DNA of 63,700 nt, filler included, from Octopus bimaculoides (GCF_001194135.2; 7 parts of 6 records of this genome joined end to end with filler, not necessarily neighbours in it); one strand, 5' to 3'; counted from the whole stretch's first letter, positions 40,861 through 53,400 are shown. Numbers and translations: made by a program. The notes: generated by a model not told the origin, from the sequence alone.

Positions 40861-41193
40861 TGTGCGTTAGTGTGAGTGTGCCAGCATCACATATCCTGTA
40901 TATTTATTCAAAACAACAGAAATTATTTTATTTCACCAAACATATAATAACTCCAAGAAAATGACATTGAAATGTGTGTGTATGTGTGTATGGATAACAA
41001 GAGAGATAACGACTAAGTAAAACAAATTTTATTCAAATTACCTCGAAATACACGAAAGGAAAAATCCTGCGAAATCCAAAAACCCAAACACAGCAAAAAA
41101 AAAAAGTAAAAAACAAAACAAAACAACCAAAACCTGATTTCTATAAATCTGTTATTCAATATTCCACAAAACAAAAGAATCACAATGATTGCA

Positions 41194-41228
<35 letters not shown>

Positions 41229-41489
41229 GACCATCATGTAGCTGAAATCTATGAGAGGAGTTATTACTAAGCTCTATTCTAAATTACCTGACAATTAACC
41301 TCACTTGTTTTATTCCAAGATTCTTCCCTGCCATCTTTCCATGGGTCAGTCCATTTCCTCATTGTTTTCAATTACTTTCGTCTTTCTTTTGTTCCTTTCC
41401 TTGTTTTAGTCAACAGACAGTGCTCATGCTGGGGCCATACCCTGAAGAGTTTCAGCTGTTCATGCTCACCTCCTCGCTACTTATTTTTA

Positions 41490-41915
41490 AGTCTCTATTT
41501 CCTCCTTATCCACCTTCTCGTACCTCAATGGTAGACACTGTCACTTCATCACCACAACCCTTTCTCCTTTCCCTGTAGGAGTAGCCATGTATCTCCTCCA
41601 CAGTGAGACATCTATTCCTGTCTCCCTTATCATATTTTGGCCCCTTGTCACCTGCCAGAAAGCCATCTGTCTCTATGCCACACCCCAACTCAGACAAGAG
41701 TCTGGTGAATTACCTGCTGACCTCACTAGTTCTAGTGGCAGAAGAAGAAAAAATGTACCCCAGTACCATTGCAGGGTGGTTGGCATTTGGAAGGACATGT
41801 AGCTATAGAAATCATGTCAAGGCTTGGAGCAGTCCTTAGGCTTGCTGAGTCCTGTCAAACCAGTCAACCCATGCCAGCAAGGAAAATGGACATTAAATGA
41901 CGATGATGGTGATGA
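41490..41915 (+). mobile_element. Degenerate RTE-associated 3' repeat and tail
   Basis: ggtggttggcatttggaagg...aacccatgccagcaaggaaaatggacattaaatgacgatgatg. Confidence 0.6.
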
Positions 41916-42439
41916 CTCCATGATTTAGAGAGAGGGGGAAGGAGAGAAAGAAACGCTTATCTGGTTGGCTCTCTATAAGTTGATTAGTACTTTCTGACTG
42001 TGAGATGCCACTAGCAAAGCAAAAGTCACTAAAAGGCATTTATTACACACCACCAATCTCCACAAGTTACAAATGATAAACTGAACAGTGAACAGCTCTG
42101 AAAATTCCAATTACTTTCCAAAAATCAATAGATAACCAAACCAAACAGTTCTACTTGCAACTACACGCACACACACACAGAAAAGCTATGTCTATGAAGT
42201 GAATTCAAATTATTTGATGAGTTATCTTGTTTCTGTAAAATAAATCAATTCTTCCTCATGGAGGCATCTATTGATGAGGATTGGTAATAGGAAGAGCATC
42301 CAGCCATAGAGACTCTGTCTGAATAGGTTTTGTCTGATCCATGCAACGATAGAAAAGTGTACATTAAAGCAATGATGGTGTGGGTACTTAACATATATCA
42401 GTATAATGTACACTGGGATTAAACATTGTCTGATATAGA

Positions 42440-42955
42440 ACTCTTTCGTACATTGGGTCTCACCGAGGCGATGACTACTGACCGAGACCTTTGGNNNNNN
42501 NNNNNNNNNNNNNNNNNNNNNNNNNNNNNNNNNNNNNNNNNNNNNNNNNNNNNNNNNNNNNNNNNNNNNNNNNNNNNNNNNNNNNNNNNNNNNNGGCACC
42601 TGTGCCCAACATCGCCTTCCTGGCACTTGTGCCGGATGGCACGTGTAAAGACATTCGAGCGAGATCGTTGTCAGTGCTGCCGAACTGGCTCCTGTGCAGG
42701 TGGCATGTAAAATACACCATTTTGAGTGTGGGCGTTGCCAGTACCGCCTGACTGGCCTTCGTGCCGGTGGCACGTAAAAGCACCCACTACACTCTCGGAG
42801 TGGTTGGCGTTAGGAAGGGCATCCAGCTGTAGAAACTCTGCCAATTCAGTTGGACCCTGGTGTAGCCATCTGGTTTCACCAGTCCGCAGTCAAATCGTCC
42901 AACCCATGCTAGCATGGAAAGCGGACGTTAAATGATGATGATGATGATGATGATA
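42440..42955 (+). mobile_element. RTE-clade LINE 3' end (ORF terminus, tandem-repeat 3'UTR, (GAT)n tail)
   Basis: FRTLGLTEAMTTDRDLW ORF end; repeated gtgccggtggcacgtaaaa units; ends ttaaatgatgatgat. Confidence 0.8.
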
Positions 42956-42984
42956 TATCGTTGTGCCATTGTCATCATCATGAC

Positions 42985-43316
42985 CCCCTTCGGTCATGAA
43001 TGACCATGGGATTGCACCTAGAAAGTTACCCTCCAAGGCACAAGTCCGGGCAAGGTTGTTTATGGAAGACCAGCAGTCGCCCATACATACCGGCCTCCCC
43101 TCTCCACACCATTGATGTTATGCAAGGGAAAGGCAAAGGGGCCAATACAGCTTGGCACCAGTGATGTCGCAACTCATTTCTACAGCTGAGTGAACTGGAG
43201 CAACGTGAAATAAAGTGTCTTGCTCAAGAACACAACACACAGCCCGGTCCAGGAATCGAACTCACAACCTCATGATCGTAAGCTCAATGCTCTAACCACT
43301 GAGCCATGCGCCTTCA
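42985..43316 (-). mobile_element. SINE family C, full length
   Basis: Reverse complement starts GAAGGCGCATGGCTCAGTGGTTAGAGC; ends ...CATGACCGAAGGGGGTC. Confidence 0.9.
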
Positions 43317-43409
43317 CACAGTATATATATATTATCATAAAAGGTGAGAGCTACTTAAGGAGCTTGTAACTGTCAACCTTTGTAATGCATGTGTGTATAA
43401 GTGTTAAAA

Positions 43410-43930
43410 GCAAAATGGAGATGATCCACCAAGCTATGTTTTATGCCCAAACAAGTTCAAGGTGCCTAACAGGAACCACCAGTTCCCAGATATCCTTATA
43501 AAGGTTGATGGAAAGAATCTCAAGCATGTGAACTCATTTTGGCAATATGGTGAGGTCAAATGCATCTTCCCTATATTACAGGGAAAGCTGCCAGTGCATT
43601 TGGTGAACTCCATCGTCATTTCTGGAATGAGATGAGCATAAAACTAGTATCTTGGACTTTACACAGGTTGTACATCAACCAACCAGATATCTTTTATAAA
43701 GGCTGTCTTTAAGCAATCTTTGGTTACAATCTTGAAAGACAATCACAAGTCTGCTGGGTTGGTCATGTCATCAGAACGAATGACTAAAGAATTCCTAAAG
43801 TTACCATGCATTGCTAGCTTGACAGTGGACACAGAAACTTTGGATGGCTATGGCTCAGGTATAAAGGTAAATTGAAAAGTATTCTTTTAGCAATCAATAT
43901 GCCTTATGAGACTGTTGAGAATGTGGTTCT
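43410..43930 (+). pseudogene. RTE (BovB-like) LINE ORF2 C-terminal fragment, decayed
   Basis: IKVDGKNLKHVNSF; GKAASAFGELHRHFWNE; WVGHVIRTND*RIPK...RYKGKLK (cf. RWLGHVVRMxDxRIPK..RYKDTLK). Confidence 0.75.
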
Positions 43931-44055
43931 GGAAAGGAAAGAGTGGAGATCTGTGTGGAAAGAGGTGAGGGTTGGTGACAGGAGGGGCATCTGGCCATTA
44001 AAAAATCTACCTCAACAAATTTTGTCTGAGCCATGCTAGAATAGAAAAGTGGCCA

Positions 44056-44191
44056 TTAACCCTTTCATTGCTGTATTTATTTTGAGATGCTCTGTGTTTC
44101 TTTCAATTAATTTTAAATATAACAAAGAATTTGGTAAAATAACTTTGTTATCATTAAGCTGGTTTCAGCCGGGTTGGTAGTGAGAGGGTTA
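44056..44191. mobile_element. Short TTAA-type MITE nested in an RTE tail
   Basis: ttaaccctttc...gagagggtta(t), splitting ...ggccattaa / atgatgatgatg. Confidence 0.65.
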
Positions 44192-44339
44192 TATGATGAT
44201 GATGATGACGATGATAATGATGACATTTTCAAGCTGTCCTAAGAAACTTATGACAACAGTGAAGCGTATATTGGAACACAAGTGTACTGCAGCAGCACTA
44301 TGATTGTAAATGTCTGCTCAAAGTCAACAAAATAACAAA

Positions 44340-44880
44340 AAGAATCAGAGTGTTCATTTAGTAATTCCAAACACATGCCTAGTTCTCCGGTAGAGCAGAC
44401 TCTAAGTGTTTGCTATTTACCTTCATTTTTCTCTTCCATTAACTCTGTGAGCCGTTCTGCTGCTTTTTTCATCTGATCTGTAAGTTCTCTGATTATATAA
44501 ATACTCCATTGCTATCCATTAAATAGAGAAACAGACATCAGAATAACCAAAGCAGTTCTTAGACCTTTTAGCTTTATAAGACATTTTCTGCAGCTGAAGA
44601 CTGAGTCAGCATGGAACAATACCTTTTCTGCCAGTCATTTTCTTTATTTAGAAGACACCTGTATAAATGTTTTAGCAACATTTTGTCTGCTATTGTCACT
44701 AAGGGCCAACATTCCAATATCATTACACCATTTTCTCGTGTGACATCCAAACTTCCCTTCAGCATCAGGTTTTGTTATTCTAAACATTACAACTTTGCAG
44801 CTTTCATCTGTTTTCCTTATCACACTCTCGTATACCTGGCTTTTAACAGTCTCTCTTTCTCGTTTAACCTCTAAATCCAC
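44340..44880 (-). pseudogene. RTE-clade LINE ORF fragment (pre-RT/early RT region), heavily decayed
   Basis: VMFRITK..GMLALSD; LYRCLLNKENDWQK (cf. HYERLLNxENEW); IRELTDQMKKAAERL (cf. RGIKLLDQVMKVTERV). Confidence 0.6.
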
Positions 44881-45308
44881 CTCTCTTAACTTTCTTACAC
44901 TACTTACTTATCTTTTAATGTGGGGAAGATATTTATAGAAAGAAAAATAAATTAACTGACAGCTGCCATTCGACAAAATTCTTGGATATATACAAAAAAA
45001 GAAATAATAATAATAATAAAAGTAATATTTACAAAAAGCAAAAAGACAATTTAGGATTTCTAAGTAAGATATTGATCCTGAAAAACACAAAAACAACAAT
45101 AAAAAGAATTAGTTCAAATTGAGTTGTAAAAGAAAATTAGTTCATTTTTCTTTGTTCAATTGAAGAGAAATGAAGATAATTTGATGCCAATGCAGAAATG
45201 ATCTTCCANNNNNNNNNNNNNNNNNNNNNNNNNNNNNNNNNNNNNNNNNNNNTTAATTAATTAANNNNNNNNNNNNNNNNNNNNNNNNNNNNNNNNNNNN
45301 NNNNNNNN

Positions 45309-45363
<55 letters not shown>

Positions 45364-45594
45364 AGATAAAGAGGAATATAGAATGAAGACGGAAGTAAGG
45401 AAAAATGAAGAGATGTGTTGCGGTGATATGATGTTAAGAAAATGGACAGATCTATTAATCACCTGGATAAGAGTATTGATAAAAAAATTATTTATTACTT
45501 CAGTCATGTAGCATATGGAAACCAAAGTTTCCATTGCAGCTATATAACAATATATGACTGGTATAATTTATCAGCTACAAAAGGTCAAATAAGG

Positions 45595-45740
45595 TGCAGT
45601 CCTTGTTGCAGCGGGGTGGCTTCTGCGCCTCAGTGAATCTGGGAGTTGTGTCACCTAAGAGTAAGCTAATGGTAGAGCCACCCATCTGGATTAGTCACAA
45701 GATTGGGGCTAGATTACTTAGGAAAGTGCTCGACAATTTA
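45595..45740 (+). mobile_element. Possible RTE/Expander-type LINE 5' end remnant
   Basis: ccttgttgcagcggggtggcttctgcgcctcagtgaatctgggagttgtg...ggtagagccaccc resembles recalled RTE 5' ends. Confidence 0.3.
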
Positions 45741-45863
45741 AAGTGCCACCTCAATCCACTAGTTGCTGGCAGCTAGCATCCGTATTACATCACTAGCAAA
45801 AAATGCTGCATGACCCGCAGAATAATAATAATAATAATAATAATAAAAACAACAATGATAATA

Positions 45864-46246
45864 AACCTTTCTACTAAAGACACAAGGACTAAAATCGACC
45901 TCAGAATTTCACGGGTACTTAATTTATCGAGCCCAACAGAATTCGAACTCAGAACGTAAGAACGGGCGATATACCGCTAAGCATTTTGTCCGGTGAGATA
46001 ACGATTCTGCCAGCTTTCTGCCTTGATGATGATAATAATAATATTTTCTTCTATAGGCATAAAGTCTGAACTTTTAGAGGATGAGACAGACAATTATATC
46101 GACCCCAGTACTCAACTGGAAGTTATTTTATGGGCCCCGAAAGGACGAAAATCAAAGTCGACCTTGGCGAAATTTGAACAGGAAAACGGAAGAAACACCG
46201 CTAGCATTCACCCGACGTGCTAACGATTCTGCCAACTCGCTGCCTT
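45864..46246 (-). mobile_element. Two tandem SINE family A copies (45864-46024, 46044-46246)
   Basis: Both end cgattctgccagc/aactc..gcctt; separated by a short (AAT)n. Confidence 0.85.
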
Positions 46247-46249
46247 CTT

Positions 46250-46252
46250 AAT

Positions 46253-46300
<48 letters not shown>

Positions 46301-46309
46301 TGCAGAGAC

Positions 46310-46367
<58 letters not shown>

Positions 46368-46382
46368 ACAGCAGCAGCAGCA
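46250..46382. repeat. Compound microsatellite (AAT)n-(AGT)n-(AGC)n
   Basis: Direct reading. Confidence 0.95.
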
Positions 46383-46534
46383 ATTTGATCATGTTCGGAA
46401 AGAGAACAAGTAGCGATCCTTGAAAAGATCAATTTGGTATTCATTTCTCGATAAAACACGAACTTACGTGAATTTACGAAATTTCCTAAATGAATTTATA
46501 AACGGAGACCAATTCTATGTTTTCTTGGACTCAC

Positions 46535-46595
46535 AGCTTTATTTACGAAATATTCGATCGTTTTTCCTGGAAGCCATGTGAAATAGACCTTAATT
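46535..46595 (-). CDS. Candidate exon 1 of a minus-strand host gene (xIKVYFTWLPGKTIEYFVNKA)
   Basis: Very strong polypyrimidine tract ending actttatag; GCT|GTGAGT donor; only one frame open; ends in phase 0. Confidence 0.45.
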
Positions 46596-47403
46596 CTATA
46601 AAGTATTAAAGAAAAAGAAAAACAAAAAAGAAATAAACACATATGAGAACAGATCTTGAATGAAATAAAAAAATTTTTAATAAATAAATAACAAGTAAAT
46701 AAATAAACAAAGATATATTTCTACATCGGATTTCTTAATAAGAAAATAATAATGATGATAAGAAGAATAATAATAAAAATAATTCTCTGTTATAGATATG
46801 AATGAGTGCAAATAAATATTTATAGAAATAAAATATAATTTAGCGTTTCGAAAATATGAAAAAAATAAACAAGGTGTACAGCAGTGTCGAAGGCTATAAT
46901 ATGATTTAATAATATATGTATGTCAGCATAATTTAATTATATATATATATATGGTGTGTGTGTGTGTTTGTGTGTCTTTGCGTATATGAATGTTCGTGTA
47001 TGCGTTTCTGTGATGACACATGTTTTTTCTCTGTGTGTATGTATATGTGTATATGTATCTGGGGATATGTAGGTATTTATGTTTGTCTGTCTCTGATAAT
47101 TCATATCTAATTTAATCAGTAGTTTATTAATTTATATTGTTTCGTATCGTTATACATACACATAAAAATACGCATACGTACATGCATACAAACATACATA
47201 AATATATACATAGACAAATACACAGTATATACACACACAACCACACAAACAGACATACATATCTATATGTATATATGTATGCATAAATAAATACCATCAT
47301 ATAGACACATGATTTGTTGACACGTTTGGTATGTTTATGGTAAATCTTATTGCCCATAACCTTGTATGATCATGTTGATTTTATATATATATATAAATAT
47401 CTA

Positions 47404-47478
<75 letters not shown>

Positions 47479-48160
47479 NNNNNNNNNNNNNNNNNNNNNN
47501 NNNNNNNNNNNNNNNNNNNNNNNNNNNNNNNNNNNNNNNNNNNNNNNNNNNNNNNNNNNNNNNNNNNNNNNNNNNNNNNNNNNNNNNNNNNNNNNNNNNN
47601 NNNNNNNNNNNNNNNNNNNNNNNNNNNNNNNNNNNNNNNNNNNNNNNNNNNNNNNNNNNNNNNNNNNNNNNNNNNNNNNNNNNNNNNNNNNNNNNNNNNN
47701 NNNNNNNNNNNNNNNNNNNNNNNNNNNNNNNNNNNNNNNNNNNNNNNNNNNNNNNNNNNNNNNNNNNNNNNNNNNNNNNNNNNNNNNNNNNNNNNNNNNN
47801 NNNNNNNNNNNNNNNNNNNNNNNNNNNNNNNNNNNNNNNNNNNNNNNNNNNNNNNNNNNNNNNNNNNNNNNNNNNNNNNNNNNNNNNNNNNNNNNNNNNN
47901 NNNNNNNNNNNNNNNNNNNNNNNNNNNNNNNNNNNNNNNNNNNNNNNNNNNNNNNNNNNNNNNNNNNNNNNNNNNNNNNNNNNNNNNNNNNNNNNNNNNN
48001 NNNNNNNNNNNNNNNNNNNNNNNNNNNNNNNNNNNNNNNNNNNNNNNNNNNNNNNNNNNNNNNNNNNNNNNNNNNNNNNNNNNNNNNNNNNNNNNNNNNN
48101 NNNNNNNNNNNNNNNNNNNNNNNNNNNNNNNNNNNNNNNNNNNNNNNNNNNNNNNNNNNN

Positions 48161-48309
48161 TTCTTCTTCTTCTTCTTCTTCTTCTTCTTCTTTTTCTTTT
48201 TCTTCTTCTTCTTCTTCTTCTTCTTCTTCGTCTTCTTCTTCTTTTTCTTCTTCTTCTTCTTCTTCTTATCATTATTATTATTATTATTATTATTATATTT
48301 AGTAGTAGT

Positions 48310-48342
<33 letters not shown>

Positions 48343-48348
48343 TGCAGC

Positions 48349-48380
<32 letters not shown>

Positions 48381-48400
48381 CAGCAGTAGCAGTAGTAGTA
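48161..48400. repeat. Compound microsatellite (TTC)n-(ATT)n-(AGC)n-(AGT)n
   Basis: Direct reading. Confidence 0.95.
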
Positions 48401-48644
48401 AAACATTGTACTGAAGGAAGGTTATATTTCTCGCCGTGTTCGTGAAACGTTAAACCAAAACAACCCGAACAGAAATAATGCCATTTGGGTCTTTCATCCT
48501 TATGTACCCATATTTATTTGTGTGTCTGTGCCTGCATATACAAATATGCATATGTATATCTATATACATAGATATACATATAGATATATATGCATGAATG
48601 TAAGTATACATATGTATATAAGTATATGCTTATATAGACACACA

Positions 48645-48731
<87 letters not shown>

Positions 48732-49338
48732 AGATATACAGATGCATGTGCATATATATTTATGTACGTATATATATATTTGTGTATATATACATATACA
48801 TACATATTTATGTACATCTTTATACATAAACTCACACATGTGAATACATAGTTATACATATGGACACGTTCGTAAACTTCTATAAAAATACGAGTTGGTC
48901 TTGTACATATTTGTGTGTGTTTGCATGTGTTAAATTACGCATGTCATATATATTTCTCAGACCAAATGCGAAGACTTTAAGGAAACGCCGATCAGTCGAT
49001 GATCATTAAGTGACTGACAGGTATTTATCTCTCGTGAACTGCACGAAACATTAAATAGTGTAGCTTTGCATATTTCCAACAACGCCATTGTCAGCTTTCG
49101 AGCTAAAAAAAAAAAAAAAAAGCAAGGCAATAATAACAACAAAGATGGACGATGTCTTCCGGTTATACATGGCATTATTTGTGGTGAATTTTTTCTTGCC
49201 ATATCTTATTTTTATTTCCATTCAGATTTAAGTGTCTGCATGATTTTAAATATAAAATATGAACCCGCGCATATTTACATCGAGCTACTTACCACTTGAA
49301 AGCTGCTTACATAACAACTTATCAACCTTCCGCAATAC

Positions 49339-49370
<32 letters not shown>

Positions 49371-50949
49371 NNNNNNNNNNNNNNNNNNNNNNNNNNNNNN
49401 NNNNNNNNNNNNNNNNNNNNNNNNNNNNNNNNNNNNNNNNNNNNNNNNNNATATATATTAGTGTGTACATATATACAGACACATATATGCATACATATAT
49501 ATATGTGCATACACAAAAACACACACACACACACATATAGATAAGTAAATGTTTCATTCCAATAAGATGTCCGTATATGTGTATATATACGATTGTAGGT
49601 ATTTTTTTCGACATGTCTGAATCATGACGAAAATGGAAATGTGACAAATCTTAGAGATTATTACATTTTGGTAATTACACGAAATGATCTTATAACTATA
49701 AAATTTAATGGAAAATTATTAAGACCTAAATCCCGACAAAACTGGATGTATGACGTGATCTTTACCTAACAAAATAAAAGCGAATGAAAAATACGTACAT
49801 AATCATCACTACAATTTGAAAATTCGATCAGAGATTTTCAAGAAGTGTAAGTATATAAAGAAACATCAGTGCTGTAACTGCGTCATATATTTTATATTCT
49901 AATCATGTGTAAACGCATTGATATGATTTCATTTGCAGGTCCTTCACATTTTGGTTTTCATTTTTCCAATATTGTTTATTATTTGTTCCCCTTTGTTTCT
50001 CCTTCTTTTCCATTGTCCTCTTGTTGATATATTTACTCATGTAGGGAAACGATGATATGAAGCAGGTGCAGTATAACCATTAATTTGATTTGAAGTGCTA
50101 CATGTGAAGCAACGTGATGAAGTTGAAATCTGGCAAGAACTGTCATATACGTCATACAAGGAAAGAGTACACATCGAACCCTGAAGATATCCGACTAAAT
50201 ATGTTTTTTTTTTTTTTACATCTAAAATCGCTTGAATGCTGATAATTCCAAACCTGAAGCCCGATTGAAACATATGTGGGAATTATTTTGGTTATTTCTT
50301 GGATTATTTCTCTTCTTGATCAGGTCCATTTATATCCTGAATCTTATAGATATTACTTTTTCTTTGTTGTACTAATAAATGTAACCAAGTATCCACTGCA
50401 TATTTTTCTTCTCCATTTACTTTTATATATACATATATGTGTGTGTGTGTGTGTGTGTTATTGTATTTATATATGTATATATAAATATAAATATATATAT
50501 ATGTATATATAAGTATATATATATGCATATATAAATATATACATATATATATATGTATATATAAGTATATATATANNNNNNNNNNNNNNNNNNNNNNNNN
50601 NNNNNNNNNNNNNNNNNNNTTAATTAATTAANNNNNNNNNNNNNNNNNNNNNNNNNNNNNNNNNNNNNNNNNNNNCATTTTGAGTAGATATGAATAATAA
50701 CAATAAATGGAGCAAAACGCATATAAATAAAAGTTCCTTTAATTCCTACATATGTTTCAAAATATGTGTGTACTCTACTCCAAAGAAGTAGAAGCTGCTG
50801 GAATTCCACATATATTCATCGTCAGGGAACCAACATATAGAAGCAAAACAAACGCGAAATGATGAGGTAACTTACGAGTTATAATATTATATGGCCAAGT
50901 AAGTGACCGTTAGAAGTAAGAACGCTTGTTTACATAGAGTTATAAAGGG

Positions 50950-51009
50950 AGGGGGCTGTAAACGCTATACTAAAGGTTTAAACCTTTAGTATAGCGTTTA
51001 CAGCCCCCT
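50950..51009. repeat. Perfect 60-bp palindrome (30-bp arms, no spacer)
   Basis: AGGGGGCTGTAAACGCTATACTAAAGGTTT|AAACCTTTAGTATAGCGTTTACAGCCCCCT. Confidence 0.97.
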
Positions 51010-52196
51010 GAAAGGTCCGACACATCTCCACGGGTTCCTTTATCAAATCACCATGCGCATTCACCACAGATCGAATTGTGGAATCATTTCCACGTTGAGC
51101 TTCTACAACCCGTGCCCACCCAGCGGCCTTGATTCCATCGCTCTCCATTATACGAAGTCTAGCTCTGACGATACACCTCATTTGTTTGGCTTCGAGGTGC
51201 TGATTTAATTCCAGTCTCTTCACCTTCCCCTGTGATGCGTTGCCAGATGTCATGGCTTCCTCTAGGGCCTTAACTAATTCATTTTCTTCCCTACGCCCTC
51301 TAGCCACTAACCCTACGCTATATCTAAAAGACTCGAATTTAATGGCTCTTTTGAGGGCGTACCACCATTTGTTGTTGATAATGGAACCGGTTAACGCCCT
51401 CTGTATTAGTAACTTAATCCGGCTCCTGTACTCCTCAATCGTCAGAAGGGATTTATTGAGTTTCCAGTAGCCGGAACCCTTACTATATATCTTATCTAGG
51501 CAAGTTTACATGTGACCATCTTGTGGTCACTGTAACTGACCAAGTGGAATTGTGGACGCGTAATTATTTCTTTATCAAATTTTCTAATAAATATCCTATC
51601 TATGTAAGACCTAGAAGACCCGTCGATATTTGACCATGTCCGCAATAGAGCGTTCGGGAATTCTAGCCTGTAGGGATCTACTAGCTGAAAGTGACTTAGA
51701 AGATCCCGGAAGCCTATGTTTGGCTTTCTATTAGGATTCGAGCCAACACTATCCACGCGGGCATCGAGAAAAGTATTAAAGTCTCCTAACACAACTAGTG
51801 AAGTGACGTGCCTAGAAACTTCTCCAAATCTCGGTAATAATCAGTCTGATTTGAATTAGATGCATAAACTGCAACCAGCCTGATTTCCTTACCACAACTG
51901 AACGTCAGATCTAAAACGACCAGCCTACCTTCTGGATCAGAAAAAAATCAACTTTTTCTCTGAAACTCGGTTTCTTTTAAGTAGGACCAACACCCCACCC
52001 CTGCCACCCGACGGGCCTGGAGAAGCGAACCTCTCGTAGCCATTCAGGAGCGGGAGCAGATCTCTTGGCCCTTTTAACTGAGTTTCAGTAGCAACAATGA
52101 CATCTAAACCTTGTGCCCTGACGTCATTAGGAAACGTCCTTGTTTCCAGCTTGACGCCAGGCCACGTACATTTATACATCCTACGTGAACAGTCAT
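51010..52196 (-). pseudogene. Tx1/L1-clade LINE ORF2: APE endonuclease plus linker, frameshifted, truncated before RT
   Basis: MTVHVGCINVRGL; DVIVATETQL; GGVLVLL; DPEGRLVVLD; IRLVAVYA; LGDFN; TWSN..SYIDRIFI; SDHKMV; GSGYWKLNKSLL. Confidence 0.92.
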
Positions 52197-52239
52197 TAAA
52201 GCGACTTACCTCAGTCGGTGTCTGGAGGTGGAGGGTTAT

Positions 52240-53400
52240 CCGTCTCCTTTTCTTTTTCTCAGGCTCGCGGTGCTGGAGTGATGAGGCCCACATATAGATT
52301 ATCAGTAATGTCCAATCTGGGTGAGCCTACATCCTTGTGAAATTTGTTAGTCANNNNNNNNNNNNNNNNNNNNNNNNNNNNNNNNNNNNNNNNNNNNNNN
52401 NNNNNNNNNNNNNNNNNNNNNNNNNNNNNNNNNNNNNNNNNNNNNNNNNNNNNNNNNNNNNNNNNNNNNNNNNNNNNNNNNNNNNNNNNNNNNNNNNNNN
52501 NNNNNNNNNNNNNNNNNNNNNNNNNNNNNNNNNNNNNNNNNNNNNNNNNNNNNNNNNNNNNNNNNNNNNNNNNNNNNNNNNNNNNNNNNNNNNNNNNNNN
52601 NNNNNNNNNNNNNNNNNNNNNNNNNNNNNNNNNNNNNNNNNNNNNNNNNNNNNNNNNNNNNNNNNNNNNNNNNNNNNNNNNNNNNNNNNNNNNNNNNNNN
52701 NNNNNNNNNNNNNNNNNNNNNNNNNNNNNNNNNNNNNNNNNNNNNNNNNNNNNNNNNNNNNNNNNNNNNNNNNNNNNNNNNNNNNNNNNNNNNNNNNNNN
52801 NNNNNNNNNNNNNNNNNNNNNNNNNNNNNNNNNNNNNNNNNNNNNNNNNNNNNNNNNNNNNNNNNNNNNNNNNNNNNNNNNNNNNNNNNNNNNNNNNNNN
52901 NNNNNNNNNNNNNNNNNNNNNNNNNNNNNNNNNNNNNNNNNNNNNNNNNNNNNNNNNNNNNNNNNNNNNNNNNNNNNNNNNNNNNNNNNNNNNNNNNNNN
53001 NNNNNNNNNNNNNNNNNNNNNNNNNNNNNNNNNNNNNNNNNNNNNNNNNNNNNNNNNNNNNNNNNNNNNNNNNNNNNNNNNNNNNNNNNNNNNNNNNNNN
53101 NNNNNNNNNNNNNNNNNNNNNNNNNNNNNNNNNNNNNNNNNNNNNNNNNNNNNNNNNNNNNNNNNNNNNNNNNNNNNNNNNNNNNNNNNNNNNNNNNNNN
53201 NNNNNNNNNNNNNNNNNNNNNNNNNNNNNNNNNNNNNNNNNNNNNNNNNNNNNNNNNNNNNNNNNNNNNNNNNNNNNNNNNNNNNNNNNTGGGGCACGCT
53301 CCCCCTCTCAGCTTCCTCCTCCACCAATGTCGCCCCCACAATCCCCTCCAACTTCTCCTCACCCAACAACCATTTAGTTTATTCGAGCCTTCACACTGCA
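52240..53400 (-). mobile_element. Tx1-clade LINE ORF1 region (mostly within the N gap 52354-53289)
   Basis: Lies directly upstream of the ORF2 ATG; flanking peptides LGEEKLEGIVGATLVEEEAERGSVP and TNKFHKDVGSPRLDIT. Confidence 0.55.

Noticed and set aside
50950-51009. Palindrome as a Borrelia-type telomere (contains TAGTA) or a known mate-pair adapter
   Set aside because: TAGTA lies 8 nt from the axis rather than at the position recalled for ResT sites; the sequence does not match the Nextera or 454 linkers I recall; no resolvase gene is nearby
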